A stretch of DNA of 40,000 nt from Marinobacterium rhizophilum (GTDB taxonomy: Bacteria > Pseudomonadota > Gammaproteobacteria > Pseudomonadales > Balneatricaceae): positions 2,820,058 through 2,860,057 of the forward strand of contig NZ_CP073347.1 in NCBI RefSeq assembly GCF_024397915.1, in the 5' to 3' direction. Below, in pieces: positions 35,221 to 40,000 of this stretch. Position numbers and translations under genes: made by a program. The notes below the pieces were generated by a model. It saw only the letters and a list, made by a program, of their open reading frames with translations. It had not been told where the DNA came from and ran no database searches. Each line of letters begins with the position of its first letter. Position 1 is the first letter of the stretch.

Positions 35221-36437
35221 GCCAGACCTCCTGCCAGCAGCGATTGCGGCAGCGGCTCGACGCTGTCGAAGAACTCCAGCGGGCGGTAAAGGGTGTTGCG
35301 ACGCACCGGTTCGCGCCCCATCGCACGCATCATGCCGATCAGTTCCTGCGGCTGCATTTCCTGGCCATGCTCGCCACCGGCGGCGCGGGAAATGCTCTCG
35401 TTCATCAGGGTGCCACCCAGGTCATTCACCCCGGCGGCCAGCATCTGCTGGGCAAGCTCGGTACCGAGCTTGACCCAGGACGCCTGGATGTTGTCGATCC
35501 AGCCATTGAGCATCAGCCGGGCCACGGCGTGCATGCGGATATGTTCATGCCGCGTGGGGCCGGGCCGCACGCCCTCCACTTCCAGGTAGAGCGGTGTCTT
35601 GTAGTGAATAAAACCCAGCGGCACGAATTCGGTAAAGCCGCCGGTTTTCTGCTGAATGGTGCGCAGCAACGCCAGGTGCGCCGCCCAGTGCTCGGGGCCG
35701 TCGATATGGCCGTACATGATGGTCGCGGTGGTCGGCAGGCCCAGGCGGTGGGCGGTCTGGATAATCTCGACCCACTGCTCGGTGCTGAGCTTGTCTTTGG
35801 TCAGCTGCTTGCGGATATCGGTATCCAGAATCTCGGCGGCGGTACCGGGCATGGAGCCCAGGCCGTGGTCCATCAGGTCCTGGATAAAGTCGGCGTAGGA
35901 CATCTTGCTTTTGCGGGCGCCAAACCAGATCTCGAACGGCGAGAACGCATGGATATGCATGCCCGGCAGCACGCTCTTGATCGCCTTGAGCATGTCGCGA
36001 TAGAAATGCACCGGCAGGTCCGGGTGCAACCCGCCCTGGATGCACACCTCGGTGGCTCCCCTGTCCCAGGCTTCCTGGGCGCGACGCACGATTTCATCCA
36101 GATCGAAAAACTCGGCCTCGGGGTCGTCCTTGCGCTTGGCGAAGTTGCAGAACTTGCAGCCCATGTAGCAGACATTGGTGTAGTTGATATTGCGGGTGAT
36201 CACGAAGCTGGCGCGATCGCCCACACGCTGGCGACGCACGGTATCGGCGGTGGCGGTGAGCGCATCCAGCTCGGCGCCTTCGGTGCCAAACAGCACCACG
36301 CCTTGCGCCTCGCTCAGCTCCTCACCGTTCAGGGCCTGCTGCAAGATGGCACGAACCTCTGTGCTCACAGCCGGGTTGAAAAGCTCCTGCGGCACGCCTT
36401 GTGCCAGCGCAATGTTATGAGGGACGGCGGCATTCAT
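35217..36437 (-). CDS. cofH: FO synthase subunit 2 (radical SAM)
   Basis: The signature is NINYTNVCYMGCKFCNFA (CxxxCxxC). I placed the start at ATG 36437 (MNAAVPH), 5 nt after AGGAGAA; the track start at 36461 would overlap cofG. Confidence 0.9.
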   Translation of the reverse strand: MNAAVPHNIALAQGVPQELFNPAVSTEVRAILQQALNGEELSEAQGVVLFGTEGAELDALTATADTVRRQRVGDRASFVITRNINYTNVCYMGCKFCNFAKRKDDPEAEFFDLDEIVRRAQEAWDRGATEVCIQGGLHPDLPVHFYRDMLKAIKSVLPGMHIHAFSPFEIWFGARKSKMSYADFIQDLMDHGLGSMPGTAAEILDTDIRKQLTKDKLSTEQWVEIIQTAHRLGLPTTATIMYGHIDGPEHWAAHLALLRTIQQKTGGFTEFVPLGFIHYKTPLYLEVEGVRPGPTRHEHIRMHAVARLMLNGWIDNIQASWVKLGTELAQQMLAAGVNDLGGTLMNESISRAAGGEHGQEMQPQELIGMMRAMGREPVRRNTLYRPLEFFDSVEPLPQSLLAGGLA

Positions 36438-36451
36438 GGCTTTTCTCCTGT

Positions 36452-37582
36452 TCAGTGACATTGCGCCAGCGCCAGACCATCGCCACGGGCGATACCGGCC
36501 AGGCGGGCAGCGATGGGGGCGGCGAAGAAACGATCCGGGTATTGCTGGTAATGGGGATAAACGGCCAGGCGCTCATGCAGGCCATAGCCGCAGTCCGCCG
36601 TGGCCTGCCGCAGGGATTCAATCTGCGGCCAGGCACGTTCCGGATTGATGTGATCCAGGGTGAGCGGAGAAATGCCGCCCCAGTCATTGATGCCCGCGGC
36701 TATATAGGCGCCAAAGCGCTGCTGCAGATTAGGCGGCGCCTGCACGCTGATACTCGGGTCCAGCAACAGGCGCGCCAGCACCAGGGTGCGCACCATGTCG
36801 TCCAGGTCCGGCTCGGGATGATGCGCCATGGCGGTGCCTGGCTTGGCACGGAAGTTCTGCACGATCACTTCCTGGATATGGCCGTAGCGCCGGTGCAGGT
36901 TATTGATGGTGATCAGGCTGTCGACGCGCTCGGCCCAGTTCTCGCCGATACCTATCAGAATGCCGGTGGTGAAAGGCACGCCCTGCTCGCCGGCACGCTC
37001 CAGCGTGCGGATGCGCTGCACGGGCACCTTGTCGGGGCAGGCATAATGCGCCTGGCCGCGCTGAATCAGGCGCCGGCTGACGTTCTCGAGCATCATGCCC
37101 ATGCTGGCGCTGACCGGCTTGAGCCTGTGGATATCCTCAGCGGACAGGGTGCCGGCATTGACGTGGGGCAGCAGGCTGGATTGCGCCAGCACGCGCTCAC
37201 ACATCTGTGCCAGGTAATCCACCATGCTGCCGTGCCCCAGTTGCGCCAGCGCCTCGCGGGCCTCGGGGTAACGCAGCTCCGGCTTCTCGCCGAGGCTGAA
37301 CAGCACTTCCTTGCAGCCCAGGCGCTCGCCCTCCTTCACCACGGCCATGACTTCGTCGGGCGTCATCACGCGGGCATTGGGGGAGCCGGGTTTCTGTACG
37401 AAGGTGCAGTAGCCGCAGTCGTCGCGGCACATGTTGGTCAGGGGTACGAAAACCTTGCGCGAATAGGTCAGGGTCCGACCCCAGTGCGTATCGCGCAGGG
37501 CAGCGGCCTGCAGACTCAGGTCCTTGAATTGGGCATCTGTGGCCTTTTCCAGCGCCAGCGCCTGGGTGCGGCTCAGCATCAT
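36452..37582 (-). CDS. cofG: FO synthase subunit 1 (radical SAM)
   Basis: The signature is YSRKVFVPLTNMCRDDCGYCTF. I placed the start at ATG 37582, 8 nt after GGAGG; the track ORF begins at GTG 37588. Confidence 0.9.
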   Translation of the reverse strand: MMLSRTQALALEKATDAQFKDLSLQAAALRDTHWGRTLTYSRKVFVPLTNMCRDDCGYCTFVQKPGSPNARVMTPDEVMAVVKEGERLGCKEVLFSLGEKPELRYPEAREALAQLGHGSMVDYLAQMCERVLAQSSLLPHVNAGTLSAEDIHRLKPVSASMGMMLENVSRRLIQRGQAHYACPDKVPVQRIRTLERAGEQGVPFTTGILIGIGENWAERVDSLITINNLHRRYGHIQEVIVQNFRAKPGTAMAHHPEPDLDDMVRTLVLARLLLDPSISVQAPPNLQQRFGAYIAAGINDWGGISPLTLDHINPERAWPQIESLRQATADCGYGLHERLAVYPHYQQYPDRFFAAPIAARLAGIARGDGLALAQCH

Positions 37583-37736
37583 GATCACAGCCTCCGTTAT
37601 TGTTTTTGGTGGGGCCTTGTAGAGTTCAGGTCAAAGGTCGCCGTGCCTGCACAACAACTTTTTACCAAACGGTAAATTTAACTTACACCATATTTTGCCA
37701 AGTGGTCAAATATTTTTACAGGCATCGAAAGAAGCA

Positions 37737-37831
37737 GGGGGAAGGGGGAAGGGGGAAGGGGGAAGGTTCAAGGGACAAGGGACAAGGGACAAGGGACAAG
37801 GAGTGTAAGGAGCAAGGGGCACGGGGCAAGG
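37737..37831. repeat. 7-nt-periodic G-run microsatellite: (GGGGGAA)x4, (GGGACAA)x4, and degenerate GGGGCAx units
   Basis: G5 runs lie at 37737-41, 37744-48, 37751-55 and 37758-62. G3 runs lie at 37772-74, 37779-81, 37786-88 and 37793-95. The sequence GGAGCAAGGGGCACGGGGCAAGG follows. Confidence 0.9.
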
Positions 37832-38118
37832 CAGGCGCCAGCCGGCCGGCGTTCTTGTGATGCCCGGGCGGCAGTCTTGGGTGACCAGTACGGCAGGAGA
37901 AGAACACACGAGGAAGGCGGGGCTGCCCACTCGGAGCCGGCCTGGGGCTGAACGGACCGACTGCAAGCGGGCTCTGGGCGCCCAAAGAGGCGAAAAAGTA
38001 ATCAGCAGGCAAGCGGCAACGAGACTGCCAGATCACCTTTGCATGACTGCAGAAACAGTTACAAATTCGCTCGCGCTCGGAGCAGGTTGTAACTATTTCT
38101 GGCGTGAACCCTGGCCTG

Positions 38119-38691
38119 TCACGGCGCTTCGCGGCCGATGACAATACCCGGGGCTATTCCGGTGAAGGAGAGCTCCGCCCGGTAGCGCTTCCATCGCTCG
38201 CAATAGGCCTCGGCCCCCCGGCGAATATCAGCTTCGCCTTGCGGCCCGATCTCGCGTTTGGGCTTCGCAGGACTGCCCACGACCAGCGTGTTATCGGGAA
38301 TGACCATGCCTTCGGTGACGAGGGCACCGGCACCGATCAGACAATTACGGCCGATTTTTGCGCCATTCAGCACCATGGCACCCATGCCGACAAGACTGTT
38401 ATCGCCAATGGTGCAGCCGTGCAACATTGCCCGGTGGCCGATGGTGCAGCCCTTGCCGATCCGCAACGAAAAGCCGGGATCGACATGCAGCACCGCATTG
38501 TCCTGCACGTTGCTGCCTTCGCCGATCTCGATGGTGGCGTCATCGGCGCGCATGACGACCCCAAACCATATGCTGGCGTCGCGGGCGAGACGCACGTCTC
38601 CGACCAGGATGGCGCCAGGTGCGACCCAGGCCTCCCCGTCGTCAGGCCCCTGAACGCTCATGTTGTCTAGGTCAAATAGCCAGCCGGTCAT
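38119..38691 (-). CDS. Gamma-carbonic-anhydrase-like / left-handed beta-helix hexapeptide-repeat protein
   Basis: The sequence AWVAPGAILVGDVRLARDASIWFGVVMRADDATIEIGEGSNVQDNAVLH has hexapeptide periodicity, as in the YrdA/PaaY family. Confidence 0.82.
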   Translation of the reverse strand: MTGWLFDLDNMSVQGPDDGEAWVAPGAILVGDVRLARDASIWFGVVMRADDATIEIGEGSNVQDNAVLHVDPGFSLRIGKGCTIGHRAMLHGCTIGDNSLVGMGAMVLNGAKIGRNCLIGAGALVTEGMVIPDNTLVVGSPAKPKREIGPQGEADIRRGAEAYCERWKRYRAELSFTGIAPGIVIGREAP

Positions 38692-38789
38692 CGTGCCAAC
38701 TCCTCCTGTTCTATGACGTTGAGTGCACCGTCTGCGCTATGCTGGCGGCACGAAGGCCGCGGCAACGCAAGGCCGCCGCGGCAGCGGGC

Positions 38790-39722
38790 TCAGAAAGCAA
38801 CCTTGTCGGCGCCCTTGAGTGCGAGTATTTCGCGCGCCTCATCGGGGGAGGCGATTTCCAGCCCAAGCCCCTCGATGATCTTGCGAACAGCCTGTACCTG
38901 TTCGGCGCTGCTGGTCGCCAGGCGGCCGGCCGATGCCCAGAGCGAATCCTCCAGACCCACCCGCACGTGGCCACCCATGGCAGCCGACATCGCTGCGATC
39001 GGCAACTGGTGGCGCCCTGCCCCCAGCACCGACCAGCGGTAATTGTCGCCAAACAGTCGGTCAGCGGTGCGCTTCATGTGCATCACATCATCAGGATGCG
39101 CACCGATACCGCCCATCAGGCCAAAGACCGTCTGGATGAACAGCGGCCCCTTGACCAGTCCTGCATCCATAAAATATTTAAGGTTATACAGGTGGGCCGT
39201 GTCATAGCACTCAAACTCAAATCGCGTGCCGTTGGCGCCCAGGGTGGTGATGATGTGCTCGATATCCTCGAACGTATTGTGAAACAGGATGCCCTTGTCG
39301 CCGATATAGTTGCGTTCCCACTCGTGCTTCAGTTTCCCTTCAAAGCGCTTGAGCATCGGAAAGAGACCAAAATTCATGGAGCCCATGTTCAAGGACGCCA
39401 GTTCAGGTTTCCATTTGGCAGCAGGACGGACCCTGTCCTGGATACTCATGGTAGGGGCGCCGCCGGTAGTGATGTTGACCACGCAATTCGAGTGCTGCTT
39501 GATATCGTCAAGAAAAGGCTGGAAGGCCTCGGCGGTTTGATCGGGGCGACCATCCTCGGGGTTACGGGCGTGCAGGTGCACAATCGCGGCCCCTGCCTCA
39601 ACCGCACCGGTTGCCGCTTCGGCGATCTCACGGGCCGTAACGGGCAGGTATTCCGACATGGATGGCGTGTGGATCGCACCGGTGACGGCACAGGTGATAA
39701 TAACTTTGCGCTTGGTGGTCAT
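38790..39722 (-). CDS. 3-keto-5-aminohexanoate cleavage enzyme family protein (BKACE/DUF849)
   Basis: The signature is KVIITCAVTGAIHTPSMSEYLPVTAREIAEAATGAVEAGAAIVHLHARNPEDGRP. The start ATG 39722 is preceded by AGGAGA; the track ORF adds 58 unsupported codons. Confidence 0.88.
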   Translation of the reverse strand: MTTKRKVIITCAVTGAIHTPSMSEYLPVTAREIAEAATGAVEAGAAIVHLHARNPEDGRPDQTAEAFQPFLDDIKQHSNCVVNITTGGAPTMSIQDRVRPAAKWKPELASLNMGSMNFGLFPMLKRFEGKLKHEWERNYIGDKGILFHNTFEDIEHIITTLGANGTRFEFECYDTAHLYNLKYFMDAGLVKGPLFIQTVFGLMGGIGAHPDDVMHMKRTADRLFGDNYRWSVLGAGRHQLPIAAMSAAMGGHVRVGLEDSLWASAGRLATSSAEQVQAVRKIIEGLGLEIASPDEAREILALKGADKVAF

Positions 39723-39741
39723 GTGTACAGTTCTCCTGATG

Positions 39742-40000
39742 TTATTCGTTGTTGTCGCGTAGAAACCGGCCCAGCTCGGCCAGCCGTGCATCCCGCCGGC
39801 GGCTGAGCTCCGGCACCTGCGCAGGCCCTGGCAGGTCCGCCGCGATGATTTCGGCGGCACGTTCAGTGAATGCCTCTCCCCGTGCCGAGCTGTCACTCAG
39901 TCGGGCCATGGTGGGGCCGTAGCGGTCAAGGTAATCCTTCACCCCACCCGGCGCGTTCAGGTTGATCGTTGCCATCGGCCCCAGCAGCGCCCAGCGCCGC
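39742..40000 (-). CDS. 3-hydroxyacyl-CoA dehydrogenase family protein, C-terminal part (gene continues beyond the window)
   Basis: The frame stays open through the window edge (..RRWALLGPMATINLNAPGGVKDYLDRYGP..), which resembles the C-terminal domain of HADH / carnitine-dehydrogenase-type enzymes. The internal ATG at 39975 is probably not the start. Confidence 0.6.
   Translation of the reverse strand, partial: RRWALLGPMATINLNAPGGVKDYLDRYGPTMARLSDSSARGEAFTERAAEIIAADLPGPAQVPELSRRRDARLAELGRFLRDNNE

Noticed and set aside
38756-38782. A GC-rich hairpin (GCCGCGGC-N11-GCCGCGGC) just after the BKACE stop, considered as a terminator.
   Set aside because: No U-tract follows on the minus strand, and the next gene starts about 65 nt later. 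It may be a stabilising stem or a REP-like element, but the evidence is too weak to annotate.

Overview
This is a GC-rich, proteobacterial-type chromosomal segment. I support 37 protein-coding genes, 33 of them on the minus strand. I recognise no rRNA, tRNA, CRISPR, transposase, integrase or phage gene.

Gene content, left to right:
1. A tightly packed 13-gene minus-strand catabolic operon (12368 down to 140). It encodes a Rieske ferredoxin, a 99-aa orphan, an alpha-only Rieske oxygenase, an SDR, an extradiol (VOC) dioxygenase, a ferredoxin reductase, an MFS transporter, a cupin, an alpha/beta hydrolase, an atypical SDR, an aspartate-dehydrogenase-like protein, an aldehyde dehydrogenase and a ThDP enzyme.
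2. An IclR regulator divergent from an NCS1 permease / dihydropyrimidinase-hydantoinase / DMT unit.
3. An alternative haem-copper cytochrome c oxidase cluster: subunit II fused to two c-haem domains, subunit I, two subunit-III paralogues and a small subunit-IV-like protein.
4. pntAA-pntAB-pntB transhydrogenase.
5. An F420 operon: cofG-cofH-cofD-cofC-cofE-fno, then an LLM oxidoreductase and an M20 carbamoyl-amidohydrolase.
6. A gamma-CA-like protein, a BKACE enzyme and a partial 3-hydroxyacyl-CoA dehydrogenase.

Main candidate for something new: at three independent minus-strand genes (iclR, pntB, cox subunit-IV-like) the segment spanning the stop codon is reiterated in tandem just downstream of the live gene. 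That segment is the last roughly 100-190 nt of the gene plus its 3' flank. The result is arrays of silent, stop-codon-bearing 3'-end copies with periods of 279, 168 and about 155-161 bp.
- The better-preserved copies (iclR, pntB) differ from the live end mostly at synonymous sites.
- Their variants are shared among copies in a mosaic pattern.
- They are best conserved next to the stop codon.

A related 50-52-nt tandem element abuts the stop codons of pntB and of the ThDP-enzyme gene. Two AT-rich intergenic regions carry 7-nt-periodic G-run microsatellites that fit G-quadruplex motifs. All homology calls come from reading the translations and recognising motifs; no database search was possible.
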